A DNA stretch of 64,000 nt from an uncultured virus (IMG/VR IMGVR_UViG_3300028048_001604) (taxonomy: Duplodnaviria > Heunggongvirae > Uroviricota > Caudoviricetes). Of the stretch, positions 39,335 through 50,100 are shown one piece after another. Under the pieces are notes generated by a model. The model saw only the letters and a list, made by a program, of their open reading frames with translations, was not told the origin of the DNA and searched no databases. Numbering within the stretch: the stretch's first letter is position 1; every line of letters begins with the position of its first letter. The stretch lies in IMG/VR virus record IMGVR_UViG_3300028048_001604; one strand, written 5' to 3'. The position numbers and the translations under genes were made by a program.

Positions 39335-40482
39335 TAGATTACCTCAACATGGCCTTCCGCAGGGTCGAAAACCTGTCCGCAATCTGGACACTGTACAAGC
39401 GATTTACCCATAGCATTTGCCCGAGATTTTAACTCTGCTAACTCTGTCTGCTTTGCTCCTAACTCTGTATCAATGGCTGTAACATCACAAGATGCAATAC
39501 TCTGATACATATCTAGCATTTCTGCTAGCGAATCAACCTGTGAAAGGTCTATCTCCTCTAACTCTGGAGTAATTTCTACCCTTTCAGATAAAATATCGAG
39601 AATACCTTTAAGAGCCTCTAACTGTGAAGAATCGATTGGGTTTACTGTAGGTATTACCTTAATAGCTTTAAGGTTGTCTAATGCAGAAATAACATTAGAA
39701 ATAACGGAAAGCTGAGTTGTATCAATAACATCTAATGCAGGTGGTAATGTAATACCCCTTGCCTGCTCGTCTAAACTAGAAATTGTACCCAAATCTGATT
39801 CTCTTGATTCTAGAGAAGTTACAACTGCATCTGCCTGCTCTAAAAAGGCTACCATGTCGGCAGTAATATTGATACCCTGACCTAGTAGAGATTTGCTTGT
39901 TTGCAACTCATACTCGATGGCGGATAATTCAGAGTTTACGCTATTCTTGTCTGCATTAAGAAGTTCACTAGCTCTAGCAAGCTCCTCAGCCTTCAGAACA
40001 GTATTAAACATCTTGTAGTTTTCGCCACCCTTTGTATCTACCCCAAGTAAAGGCTCAAAACAACTGCGGAAATTGAGTAATGTTTTCTCATAGCTGATTA
40101 AACCTAGATAAGTCTGGATTGGTTCGGGTACATCTTTAACTGTAGTAAGCTGATTACCCTGCTTTGTAGTAAAGATTAGTTCATTATTCTTATACATTTC
40201 GTATAAGGACTGACCATTCCTATACTTGTCTCGCATGATGCTTACATCATCATCAAAATATGCTACAATTCTAAAGTAGTCTGCATCATCTTTGATAAAA
40301 CTTATCTGCTTTGATGCATTGGAATTGGTGCATAATACCCTGAGGGCGGTCAGCATGGCTGACTTACCACTATCATTGTATCCTTTGATATTTACAATAT
40401 TTGTACCATCAAATTCTACCTTGGCATTTGCAAAAGACATAAAATTTGTAACTTCCCATGCCTTTAATTTTGAGTAACTCAT
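39334..40482 (-). CDS. SbcC/Rad50-like ABC ATPase, N-terminal half ending in a CxxC zinc hook
   Basis: Start probably ATG 40482 (MSYSKL); VTNFMSF, Walker A GYNDSGKS, helical arm, C-terminal CPDCG; no signature or Walker B. Confidence 0.85.
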   Translation of the reverse strand: MSYSKLKAWEVTNFMSFANAKVEFDGTNIVNIKGYNDSGKSAMLTALRVLCTNSNASKQISFIKDDADYFRIVAYFDDDVSIMRDKYRNGQSLYEMYKNNELIFTTKQGNQLTTVKDVPEPIQTYLGLISYEKTLLNFRSCFEPLLGVDTKGGENYKMFNTVLKAEELARASELLNADKNSVNSELSAIEYELQTSKSLLGQGINITADMVAFLEQADAVVTSLESRESDLGTISSLDEQARGITLPPALDVIDTTQLSVISNVISALDNLKAIKVIPTVNPIDSSQLEALKGILDILSERVEITPELEEIDLSQVDSLAEMLDMYQSIASCDVTAIDTELGAKQTELAELKSRANAMGKSLVQCPDCGQVFDPAEGHVEVI

Positions 40483-40483
40483 A

Positions 40484-40705
40484 TTACTTGCTCTTCCTTT
40501 CTTTTTTATCACTAATTTTACCACGAAAAGCTAAATATGGAAAGTACTTTTTGTAACAATCCACACAAACTACACATGAATCTATTATTATAGTACCACC
40601 TGTACTAGAATTTGGGTCTGCTATACTACCATAAACTCTGACACCACATTTATATGCTAAAGGACGCATACACACTGTACATTTTCGCATATTCATTTTA
40701 CGCAT
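40484..40705 (-). CDS. small zinc-finger-like protein
   Basis: CTVC...CVDC, AGGAGG RBS. Confidence 0.6.
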   Translation of the reverse strand: MRKMNMRKCTVCMRPLAYKCGVRVYGSIADPNSSTGGTIIIDSCVVCVDCYKKYFPYLAFRGKISDKKERKSK

Positions 40706-40744
40706 GATAACCTCCTAAAATTTCTAATATTTCATTTCTATATA

Positions 40745-40773
40745 ATTATAGCATAAATATTGAAAATTTGCAA
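40745..40773 (-). promoter_or_regulatory. sigmaA promoter with extended -10
   Basis: TTGCAA-17 nt-TATAAT with TG extension. Confidence 0.7.
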
Positions 40774-40785
40774 TAGTGACTGCAT

Positions 40786-40815
40786 AAAAAAAGAGGGTAG
40801 ATTTTACTACCCTCT
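40786..40815 (-). terminator. intrinsic terminator
   Basis: AGAGGGTAG / CTACCCTCT stem followed by a T-run on the minus strand. Confidence 0.8.
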
Positions 40816-41260
40816 AATCGTAACTTGTGCTATTCTCAAATAGATTACATATATCAATACCTCTTCGCTGATACTCATATAAGTCTGGCGGGTCTATATA
40901 CTCTATGGAGCGGTCTGTAACATCTAGCACCCCCATTTTGTATTCATAATCGCCTGTACTCTTGCGTGTGTATGGCTTTAATGTGCCTTTACAGAAAAAG
41001 CCTTCAGTGACTACGTAAAACCTATGCTTACATTTACCCTGCATAATGCCCTGAATTTGTGCCTGACACTTATTACCCAAACGACTGATATAGCTTTCAA
41101 CTTCATGTCTACTAAATTTTTGAGTACGCTCACCTTCATAGTATCTTGCTACCTCAACAGACATATGATAACTGTAGGAATCCTGCGTCATAAGCTTAAC
41201 TGATAGATGCCTTACGCAAGCCTCATACAGTAACGGATATAACTTCTCATCTGTAATCAT
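40814..41260 (-). CDS. hypothetical protein
   Basis: 148-aa ORF, GAGGT RBS. Confidence 0.65.
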   Translation of the reverse strand: MITDEKLYPLLYEACVRHLSVKLMTQDSYSYHMSVEVARYYEGERTQKFSRHEVESYISRLGNKCQAQIQGIMQGKCKHRFYVVTEGFFCKGTLKPYTRKSTGDYEYKMGVLDVTDRSIEYIDPPDLYEYQRRGIDICNLFENSTSYD

Positions 41261-41263
41261 AAC

Positions 41264-42331
41264 TTATACCTCTAATATAATATTGTATTTTGGACTTGCG
41301 TTCTCGCCTATATAAGAACGAGTACCCTTTGGAATTACTATAACCATACCACGTAATTCTGTGTCTATCCTTGTTGACTTCGGGTCTTCTAATATAAGTA
41401 TGTAAGGTGACCTTCTAATTTCATACAATCGTTCTTTATCATATAAGTTAGTACTAATCAAATAGTTAAATTCATCTAAATTTGCTGTGTTATTATATAA
41501 CTCTTTATATATAAACTCTGCACGTTTCATATAGTCTGATGCTTTTGTATACTCTTTACCACCACCTCTCATAAGTTTGCAGTAAGACATTTGTGTAGTA
41601 AATACTTTTACGTGTCTTGGTATACGTAATATTGGTGGGGTAAACAAAAAGTAGTCTAGAGTAAAATTCGTAATACCCTGTGGTACTGTTAAAGGTGTGC
41701 TAACACGAGTACCATAAAATGAACTATTTTCTGAATATATTGAACTTATACTATAATTTTTTATGGTTACATTACAGTGATTAGATATGCTACCACTAGG
41801 AGTAACCTCAGCATGATTAAAGTCTATCGTAAAGTCTTTAACCGTCCTACCTGCAATAAACTTTACAAGTGTTGTAGCTTTTGATAATTTTACAGAAACA
41901 TTAGTAATATCCTTTGATGTAAAAATTATCTTCTTAATTAAATCATCGAACTGTACAGTCAAAGATTGCTGGGCGTCAATACCCGAACCTTTGACATAAA
42001 TTTCATATGCATAATTACCCATATATGGTACTTTGAATACACCTTCTGTACCATTTAATGTAAAAAATACTTTTCCATATTCCTCGTCTATTTCTACCTT
42101 GCCTGCTAATACTAGCTTAGCCTTGGTTGCAGATGCCTGTTTTTTAAGTTCAGACATAGAGTGCTGGGCGTGGAAATGTATGACGTTTTTCTCGTCACAA
42201 GTGATACCCTTTATTTCTATACCCTTTCGGAATAACTTGCGTAATACAGGCTTTGTGAAATACTCGATTACACCGTCTTTTGTATCCTTTACAGTATAAC
42301 CGTCTTTATATGGTTCCCACAAGATGTACAT
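41264..42331 (-). CDS. hypothetical protein with degenerate BspA/LRR-like elements
   Basis: LTVPQGIT, LRIPRHVK, VIPKG elements; GGAGGT RBS. Confidence 0.55.
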   Translation of the reverse strand: MYILWEPYKDGYTVKDTKDGVIEYFTKPVLRKLFRKGIEIKGITCDEKNVIHFHAQHSMSELKKQASATKAKLVLAGKVEIDEEYGKVFFTLNGTEGVFKVPYMGNYAYEIYVKGSGIDAQQSLTVQFDDLIKKIIFTSKDITNVSVKLSKATTLVKFIAGRTVKDFTIDFNHAEVTPSGSISNHCNVTIKNYSISSIYSENSSFYGTRVSTPLTVPQGITNFTLDYFLFTPPILRIPRHVKVFTTQMSYCKLMRGGGKEYTKASDYMKRAEFIYKELYNNTANLDEFNYLISTNLYDKERLYEIRRSPYILILEDPKSTRIDTELRGMVIVIPKGTRSYIGENASPKYNIILEV

Positions 42332-42425
42332 AAAACTTACCTCCGCTGTTATATACGGTCTCCTTCTAACTTATGTTCTATATCAAAAATTCCAATACCT
42401 TTATTATGATTTTATATAAGCAAAG

Positions 42426-42462
42426 AAAAAGACCATCTGGGCTGCACGTACCCAAATGGTCT
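42426..42462 (-). terminator. intrinsic terminator
   Basis: AGACCATCTGGG / CCCAAATGGTCT stem followed by a T-run on the minus strand. Confidence 0.75.
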
Positions 42463-42497
42463 ATATGTATCTAAACTCTATGAAACTCCTATGGTTT

Positions 42498-43625
42498 TTA
42501 TACACCCATATTTGGAAGTTCGCCTGTTGAAGCAGTTGGAGCTGCCTGAGCAGGTGTTGGAGTCTGAGCTTCTGCATTACCCAGCTGTTCAAGAACCGCA
42601 GATGCACTAGTTGGCTGGGCTGGAATACCCATCGCACCTGCCTGTGACATCTGGTACATTACGAGCTTGTCTTCGACAGGCTTCATTACCTCATCGCAAG
42701 CCTCCTGCTGTTCCTGTGCATTACGAAGAACTGCAAATACCACATTTGTACGAATGTTTTCAACATCCCAAGCCTCGGTCTGCTTATCGAAGTACTCTGC
42801 CCAAGGCTTGTAATCGTCTCCCATAGGCTTTACAGTAACCTTGAGCTCCTTTGCAGAGTGCATAGCTGTAGGCTGCTGACCATCCTTAACTGCGTATGTG
42901 AAATCAAGAATGAGCCACTGACCGCCAATATTATCGATTGACAAATCATTATTTGTAATCTCATTGTATGCGTCGATAGCTGAACCAAACTTATCAAGGA
43001 ATGTGGACTTACGAATCTTGTAATAGCAAGGCTTACCCGTGATACGACCTGATGCGTCAAGTTTAGGAACTACTGTACTCTTACCATCAGCGGTATCCTC
43101 GGTATCAATAACTACGATAGGGAATACAAGCCATTCAACTGCCTCTTTAACTGCTCTGTTATTGAGAAGTTTCTTTGAGTCTTCCTTGAGTGCCTCTTTA
43201 CCCTCTGGAGTCTTTCTATCGATACCACGCTGTCTTGCAAGAGCGTCAATTTCAAAATTGTAGAGTTCCCAACTCTTCTGAACTGCATCACAGAATGGGC
43301 AACTACCATCGGTGTGCAGTTCAGCAGACTCAATGCCTGCACTACATCTTACATCAAGATAACTTCTACCCATGATGATTGGATGAGCTGCGAACCTGTC
43401 TGCACGAAGAATTACCTTACCGTCTGCATCTACATCTGTATGATTTGGCACATATACAAGAATCTTCTTATTTACAGGAATCTCGAAAACAGGGAAATTC
43501 TTATCATAAGACTTCGGTACAGTAACTGTGCCTGTCTGCATACTAGATGCGTTAGTAATTGCTTTCTGCTCTTCTGGTGAGAGTTTCTTTGGTGTAGGTC
43601 TCTTTAACATAAATTGTTCCTCCAT
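42498..43625 (-). CDS. probable single-stranded DNA-binding protein (T4 gp32-like Zn-binding type)
   Basis: H...C...CPFC Zn-like motif, FPIVVID strand, flexible C-terminal tail, distinct codon usage suggesting high expression. Confidence 0.55.
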   Translation of the reverse strand: MEEQFMLKRPTPKKLSPEEQKAITNASSMQTGTVTVPKSYDKNFPVFEIPVNKKILVYVPNHTDVDADGKVILRADRFAAHPIIMGRSYLDVRCSAGIESAELHTDGSCPFCDAVQKSWELYNFEIDALARQRGIDRKTPEGKEALKEDSKKLLNNRAVKEAVEWLVFPIVVIDTEDTADGKSTVVPKLDASGRITGKPCYYKIRKSTFLDKFGSAIDAYNEITNNDLSIDNIGGQWLILDFTYAVKDGQQPTAMHSAKELKVTVKPMGDDYKPWAEYFDKQTEAWDVENIRTNVVFAVLRNAQEQQEACDEVMKPVEDKLVMYQMSQAGAMGIPAQPTSASAVLEQLGNAEAQTPTPAQAAPTASTGELPNMGV

Positions 43626-43733
43626 AAAATAGAACTTTGGTCAAATTGAGGTGTTTCCTGTCTTATCTTCTAACAGGGCATACTCTGTAACATTTATACA
43701 AAGTCACTCGTGCATAGTGACCTAGTATCAAAA

Positions 43734-44630
43734 TTATTTTTGAAGTCTTACCCCTAAAGCGGAGATGACCTCTGAAATAGCGGTATTATACCCTTTTTGA
43801 CATTCAGCAAGTATAGTACTATCACTATTTAAATATATTATACCATCCGCCTCAGTAAATGTCAAGCAATACTCCGAAGTTTTTGTAGAAACTGGATTAC
43901 TTTCTAACGTGTCTAACAAGTAAATTAATACATTTTCACGAGTAACAGATGTACCTGAAAAATGCTTTGTAAAATTATACTTATAAGTATAGATATAATC
44001 ACGCATAGCATTACTGCTTGGCATATTTAAGTCTACATAAACGTAATAAACACCGTCTTTCTTTATAACATCATGTATGTCACTAACAGAACACATATTT
44101 GCGAAAGATTTTAAGGCTCGTGCCTCACAATCATATGAGTCGTAACTAGTAGAGGTCTTGCTTATATCATTATTATATGTATCAGTCAAAGAACTACCCG
44201 ATTTTACATATTTATCTAGCGAACCAAAATCGCCTGAATGTAGAGCATTAAAATACCCACTCAATGTATTGCCTATTGCAACCTGTTCGTCATTACTAGC
44301 TGGTTTACCGTCTACACGTGCCTGTTTAATGCTATCTTCTGCACTCACTACGGATTGAATAGATTTATACCCTTTTGTTGCGTTGTGGTTTACATATACA
44401 ATAGAGCCTGCGGCTACAACTGATGTAATAGCAATACATACCATTATAGGTAAAAGACGTTTGGCTTTTTCTGATGTAGTGTCTTGCAAGAAATCTGAAT
44501 CTCTAACATCATTAAAGTATTCATAGTTGTCTAGAGATTCGTCTACCTTTAGGAAATTCCAGTCCGCCTCTTCAAAAATATCTAACTCCGTATCTAGGTC
44601 TAAGATATCCTGCTGTGTGCGTATATTCAC
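43734..44630 (-). CDS. membrane-anchored hypothetical protein
   Basis: acidic N-terminus, TM LLPIMVCIAITSVVAAGSIVYV. Confidence 0.7.
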   Translation of the reverse strand: MNIRTQQDILDLDTELDIFEEADWNFLKVDESLDNYEYFNDVRDSDFLQDTTSEKAKRLLPIMVCIAITSVVAAGSIVYVNHNATKGYKSIQSVVSAEDSIKQARVDGKPASNDEQVAIGNTLSGYFNALHSGDFGSLDKYVKSGSSLTDTYNNDISKTSTSYDSYDCEARALKSFANMCSVSDIHDVIKKDGVYYVYVDLNMPSSNAMRDYIYTYKYNFTKHFSGTSVTRENVLIYLLDTLESNPVSTKTSEYCLTFTEADGIIYLNSDSTILAECQKGYNTAISEVISALGVRLQK

Positions 44631-45355
44631 TCGAATACCCCTTTCTTTATGTCTAAGGCTATATTCTTGTCAGTATACCCATAGTCTAATGTAGTAACGT
44701 CACCATCTAAACCAAAATAAGCCTCTTTACAAGTAATCTGTCTGTTTACATAGACAGAACTACTCTTACTATCTATACTGTATCTGCCAACAAGAAAAGG
44801 GGCTCGCATCATATACCCTTTCTTTCCAAGTAGTATCTTGTCTGCTGTTGTAAATATATCTGAATACATATTTAGATAAAGTAATAGGTTATATATCTGT
44901 AAAATACACGTATTTGTCAAATAGGTTGTGATAGATTGATTAAATTGTTTTGCATATCGCTCTAGGTACTTTAATTCTGACTTAACATTCAATACATTAT
45001 TGATTGTAATTTCAAATTCAGATGGGATAAAGACTGCTACCCCTAGTTTCTTGCAAAACTTAAACAGTGTAATAAGACTGTGGGTGAATACCCTTTGTCT
45101 ATATACGATTGTGCCGTCAGTTTTTCTTACTTTGTCTATCCTGCCTACAAATATAACAGTATCACTATCAATATCCTTGATTACGTCTAGAATATCTAAC
45201 ATCTGTTGTAAAGTCTTTGTTTGAAAATATCCCTTATTGATAGTAAAACACAAAGCCTTGTTCGTTTTAGATATAGAGGACTTAAACATTTTGCCTGCAC
45301 AAGGGATTACAAACAACATATCCTCAGTTTTTGCTAAATCTCTTGCTAAACTCAT
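44627..45355 (-). CDS. hypothetical protein
   Basis: 242-aa ORF with ATGA overlaps at both ends. Confidence 0.7.
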   Translation of the reverse strand: MSLARDLAKTEDMLFVIPCAGKMFKSSISKTNKALCFTINKGYFQTKTLQQMLDILDVIKDIDSDTVIFVGRIDKVRKTDGTIVYRQRVFTHSLITLFKFCKKLGVAVFIPSEFEITINNVLNVKSELKYLERYAKQFNQSITTYLTNTCILQIYNLLLYLNMYSDIFTTADKILLGKKGYMMRAPFLVGRYSIDSKSSSVYVNRQITCKEAYFGLDGDVTTLDYGYTDKNIALDIKKGVFE

Positions 45356-46152
45356 ATAACTAACTCCTCTATATCCTCTTTAGAATCCTTAAACTGCATA
45401 ATTGAATCAATAACATCAGATGCCTCGAACCAACTAACAAAGTTATCCATATCTTTTACAGTAAGTACGGTGCCATCTTCTAACTGTAGTTTTCCACCTA
45501 CAACCTTAATAAAGGTAGTATTACACGGAACTTGCCAACCTTTAGGACTATTTCTGTTTAAAGACTGCCTGCCTACCCTATCTGCATCGGGGATTGCTAG
45601 TACTTTCTTGAAATACTTTAATTGCTCTCCCTTAACAGGACTTACAGTATTACCCATAGTTGCCATAGCTGGCAAACCAATAGCACTAAGTGAAAGGCAG
45701 TCGAAAATACCCTCGACTAGAATGGCAGTACCATCGAACTTTGACCAAGACAACTCATAGGCTTTCTTAAAATTGAAGAAAAGTACATCCTTACTGAAAT
45801 ACGGAGTACTCAAAGTGATGTATTTTCGCGAATCTGGGTAATACCCTATCAAGGAAACAAGGTTTCCTGCATAATCCTCTACTGGAATCTGATACCTGTT
45901 TGATAGAATAAAATTGCCTTTTCTAGTTGCGAGTCCTAACTTTTCTGCATTGTCTAATAGACTTACATCTATATCACAACGACCTATATTCATATTTCTT
46001 AAAAGTTGTTTTTGTGCCCCACCTATATACCCTCGTATTTCGCATAATTCATCTACGGAGTTTTCATCAAACTGAGTCTGCATAAAAGAATATGCTTCCT
46101 GCAGTTGCTTACTCATTTGCCTGTAGTATGGAAACACTTGATTTTGTTGCAT
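45352..46152 (-). CDS. DnaG-type primase core (Toprim) lacking the Zn-binding domain
   Basis: NRYQIP, KY, LFFN, ILVEGIFD, ATMG, PDADRVG, KDMD. Confidence 0.85.
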   Translation of the reverse strand: MQQNQVFPYYRQMSKQLQEAYSFMQTQFDENSVDELCEIRGYIGGAQKQLLRNMNIGRCDIDVSLLDNAEKLGLATRKGNFILSNRYQIPVEDYAGNLVSLIGYYPDSRKYITLSTPYFSKDVLFFNFKKAYELSWSKFDGTAILVEGIFDCLSLSAIGLPAMATMGNTVSPVKGEQLKYFKKVLAIPDADRVGRQSLNRNSPKGWQVPCNTTFIKVVGGKLQLEDGTVLTVKDMDNFVSWFEASDVIDSIMQFKDSKEDIEELVI

Positions 46153-46157
46153 TAATA

Positions 46158-47177
46158 CTACCTTCTTTTGTCTAACATTAATACTCTACCATCAGCAAGT
46201 ATAACTCTAGGTGTTTCAGAAGATGTTGTATAAGAAACTATACCCTGAATACTCAAATTCGTTTCTAAAATATCTCCTTTTACATAAACTGCTACAACAC
46301 ATTTCAAAGCCTTGACTATCTCACTGTTTAAAGCACCAGTCTTAACATCGTTATCTAGTACTTTGTAACCACAAAAATTATCCTTTTCTGGGTGGTAAGG
46401 TCTGCGTTGAGTTACTGCGTCATATATATCTGCAACGCTAACTATTTGAGCCAAATAATTTATCTGCTTACCATACAACCCATACGGATACCCTTGTCCA
46501 TTTAACTTCTCGTGATGTTGCAGAACAATATCACAAATATTTTTATTGTAATACTTCTTGTCGATGTAGTTAAATGCTAACTGAGGGTGGTGTTTTACTA
46601 TGGCTCTTTCAAAATCAGTAAGTCTTCCACGCTTATCTACCAACTGCTTAACAGTAATATCTTGTTTACCCAAATCGTGTAACAAAGCACCTACAACTAA
46701 ATCATTCAAAGGATATGAATGTGCAATACCCAAATGCCTATATAACATAGTAGATAAAATTGCAACTCTTATGCTGTGCTTATATGTAGTATAGTGTACT
46801 AGTAATAACTTATATATATTATATAATAAAACTGGGTTTTTTGCAATAGTATCTTGTATAATCTTTTTTGCATATGCGTAATCTTTTTGGCAAACTCCAT
46901 GTATTTTCATAGCGCTGATAGAACGATTTAACAATGTTACTATTGCATTATACACCTCTACCATTTTGTTTATGTCCTCTGGGGTGTATACCTCTACACT
47001 CATGATACTACTCTGTTTAAGCATAGAAATCTCGTGCATATTCAAAGAGCCTAACTTCTTGAGTTTTACCCCATTTGGCAACTCAACTGTATGAGCTAAT
47101 ATGTGTCCTTGTCTTAATTCAGTCGTATAAATGCTTTGCACATATAATACCCCCTCTAAACTAAAATTTCTCGCCAA
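46158..47177 (-). CDS. HD-GYP cyclic-dinucleotide phosphodiesterase
   Basis: HSIRVA, LLHDLGK, HHEKLNGQGYPYGL, VADIYDA..RRPY. Confidence 0.92.
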   Translation of the reverse strand: MARNFSLEGVLYVQSIYTTELRQGHILAHTVELPNGVKLKKLGSLNMHEISMLKQSSIMSVEVYTPEDINKMVEVYNAIVTLLNRSISAMKIHGVCQKDYAYAKKIIQDTIAKNPVLLYNIYKLLLVHYTTYKHSIRVAILSTMLYRHLGIAHSYPLNDLVVGALLHDLGKQDITVKQLVDKRGRLTDFERAIVKHHPQLAFNYIDKKYYNKNICDIVLQHHEKLNGQGYPYGLYGKQINYLAQIVSVADIYDAVTQRRPYHPEKDNFCGYKVLDNDVKTGALNSEIVKALKCVVAVYVKGDILETNLSIQGIVSYTTSSETPRVILADGRVLMLDKRR

Positions 47178-50100
47178 GAGTTTTAGTATTTGTAGTAGCC
47201 TTTATTAGTCTTGCTTTTGATAAACTAGAATTATGGTTATTACTTACATCTCCTACCATAAAGATACAAGATTTACCTCTTGTCATCATTGTGTATATCA
47301 TATTATTGTTTACAAATGTTCCGTATGTATTGCCAACTGTGCAGATTCCAAGTTTTACTTCGGAGCCTTGTAGCTTATGTACTGTGCCTGCATAAAACAA
47401 CTCCAGATTCTGTATGTCCTCTCCAATAATATTAATACCTGAAGTATCCTGAGAACTACCTGTAAAAAGTGAGCAACGATATAAAATATTAAAGTATGTC
47501 TGAGATAGATAATCATAATATTTTACAACCATAAAATACTTATTGTTGCCTACCCAAGTCATATCGTCACGTAATGAATCTGGATATTCGTCAAAATCAT
47601 CTGGTTTTAATTCAACTTCATCTTGAATATAGATGTTGTCTGCACTTATAATGCCAACGAATACCCCTACATCTCCGTTGGCTATTCCATACCCGTATTT
47701 CTTGTTGATTGTACCATCAGACTGCAAATCTTCATACCACTGCATATTATACATATTCTTATTGGTATGAATTACACGGTCTCCAATTACAAAACGAGTA
47801 TTATTACAAATAACTGTTTTTCTATAGTCTCTGTTATCATTAAATATAGGTTGTAATACCCGATTGAGTGACGTGCTACTCCAAGAATATCTAGGTGTTT
47901 TATACGGTGTGATTACCTGTATATCATCTTTTGTAATATTTAGACTCGGTAGCTCTGGTATCTTACTTTGTAAAATAGCAATATCCCTTACAGTAGCCTT
48001 GCCTAGATAATATTTACATAACAGGCTTACAATGTAACTAATATCCTCATCAGAACAAGGTACTAAAAAGAAATCTTTTTCAGATGGTAACGGTAACATA
48101 GAATCTGCGTCACTATTATCTGTAACATAATTACTAGCCAAAGTAATATTAGAACCACTAGATGCTCGCTTTGATACATTTAAGTATTGTGTGGGCATGG
48201 TACGAAGATAATTTCTGAAAGGCAGGCTTTTACCAATCGGTGATAACTGCTGTGGGTCTCCAAACATATAAATGTAGCATGAGTCTAAGTCTACCCTCTT
48301 TAATACAGAAGTTAGTAGACTTAAAGAAACCATAGCTCCCTCATCAATAAGTAGAACTGAATCAGAAATAGTACCCGAAATATCATCATCTGACATATTA
48401 CCAAAAGAAGTACAAGTGTCTACCCCTATTCTACATAGTCTATGTAGAGTATAAACTCTACGCTTAATTACTTCCTGCATACGTTTTGCTGCCTTACCTG
48501 TTGGGGCACTGAAATATAAGTGCTTATTAGAGAGTCGTTCCAATATATATACAAAAAGTTCTGTATCTGTTGTCTTACCACTGCCTGCACAACCTGCTAC
48601 TAAACCAAAGCCATGTGTAAGTAGCATAGCTGCGTCTCTTTGCTCTGGCTCTAATGTGAATCCCTTTAAATTTTCAAACTCAGCAATTAGAGGCTCAATA
48701 TCGCTAGGTGTAATACCCGTTTCTTTTTCAGCTAACGATTCTGCACAATCAAATACATACAACTCTTGCTCTGCTAACTGATATGGTACGATACCGTTAT
48801 CAAAAGAAATACCCATGCCTGACCCTTTGTATTTCTCTACTGCTTGAGTAATATCATTGTAACTGAGTCGTCTTACATATTTATTTCCGATGGACTTAAA
48901 ACTAGCTGGACTATAAGTTGTAACAACTTTGCAGTCAAAATAAGTCTTCAATTCAGCAATAGTACCTGATTTAAGGAAAGTACCTGTTTCTGATACCCTT
49001 TTATATTCTGCCTTTGTTAGAGAAAGACCAAATGGTGTCTTCAATATACTATTCATATCATAAATAGTATTGTTTGTACCATCAAACATAAACTCGGAAT
49101 CAAGAATACCAATATTTCGTAGCTCTGCTAAATCTTGTTTATCCGCTACACCAACTGCTACTGCAATCTGTTCAACCTTGCTGTAATTAAGCAATCCGAA
49201 TAGGCAAATAATATACGGGTTTTCAGTTAATACCCTTACAATAGAAATATTGTAAAAATCGCAATACCCTTTGAGGTCTTCTATTACAGAGGTTTGAATA
49301 CCCAAGGTTATGCCTAGCATTTTTGCATAAAACATTTCTGTATCTGAAAAGGCATCGTTCACATAACTTTCTGTTACGTCTGAAAATACAGTATCATCTA
49401 TATAACAGTTACCGCAAACTAGGTCTCTAACTTGTGTTATATACTGTAAAACAAACTGCTCTACAGTGCTACCCAAATAAGGCTTACGACCTACGCTACT
49501 AAAGTCTGCTAGATATTTCTTTAAAAGAGTATTGCCTGTCCTTGCATATGTATCTGGCTTGGAAGATTTATATTTGATAAGTCTATCAAAAAGAGTAGAT
49601 ACCCTAGAGTTTACAGAGTCTGTTGGTCTGTAATCGTCTAAAATTGACTTTAGGTGATTTTGACGAACAGACTTACTGTTCTCTAATAAACCTCTAACTT
49701 TTTCAATATTGACAGTATTTTTCTGTACCTTCTGCCTATTGGTACGTGTTAGTGCTTTTGCAGGTTTTGCAGTCTGTTGCATACCCTTGAATTGACTGCT
49801 GTTTACAGTATTTGAGGTCTGTTGTATACCCTTTGATTGACCGTTATTTGTTAGGTCAATCTGCAACTCTTTCATTGTAGAAGTAAATCTTGGTAATGCA
49901 GTAACATAAGTTGGTAAGTCTAATCTACCAACTGCTGCACTTCTACGCAAATACTCACATAAATCATGTTCATTTGAAATACCCTTGAAACTTAAGTTGT
50001 TTAATGGTGTCTTGGCAATCGCCCATGATTTACCGTTGCGTACCCATTTGAATAAACTGCAATAATACTTATCTATTCTACTAAAAACTAGAGTGCCTTC

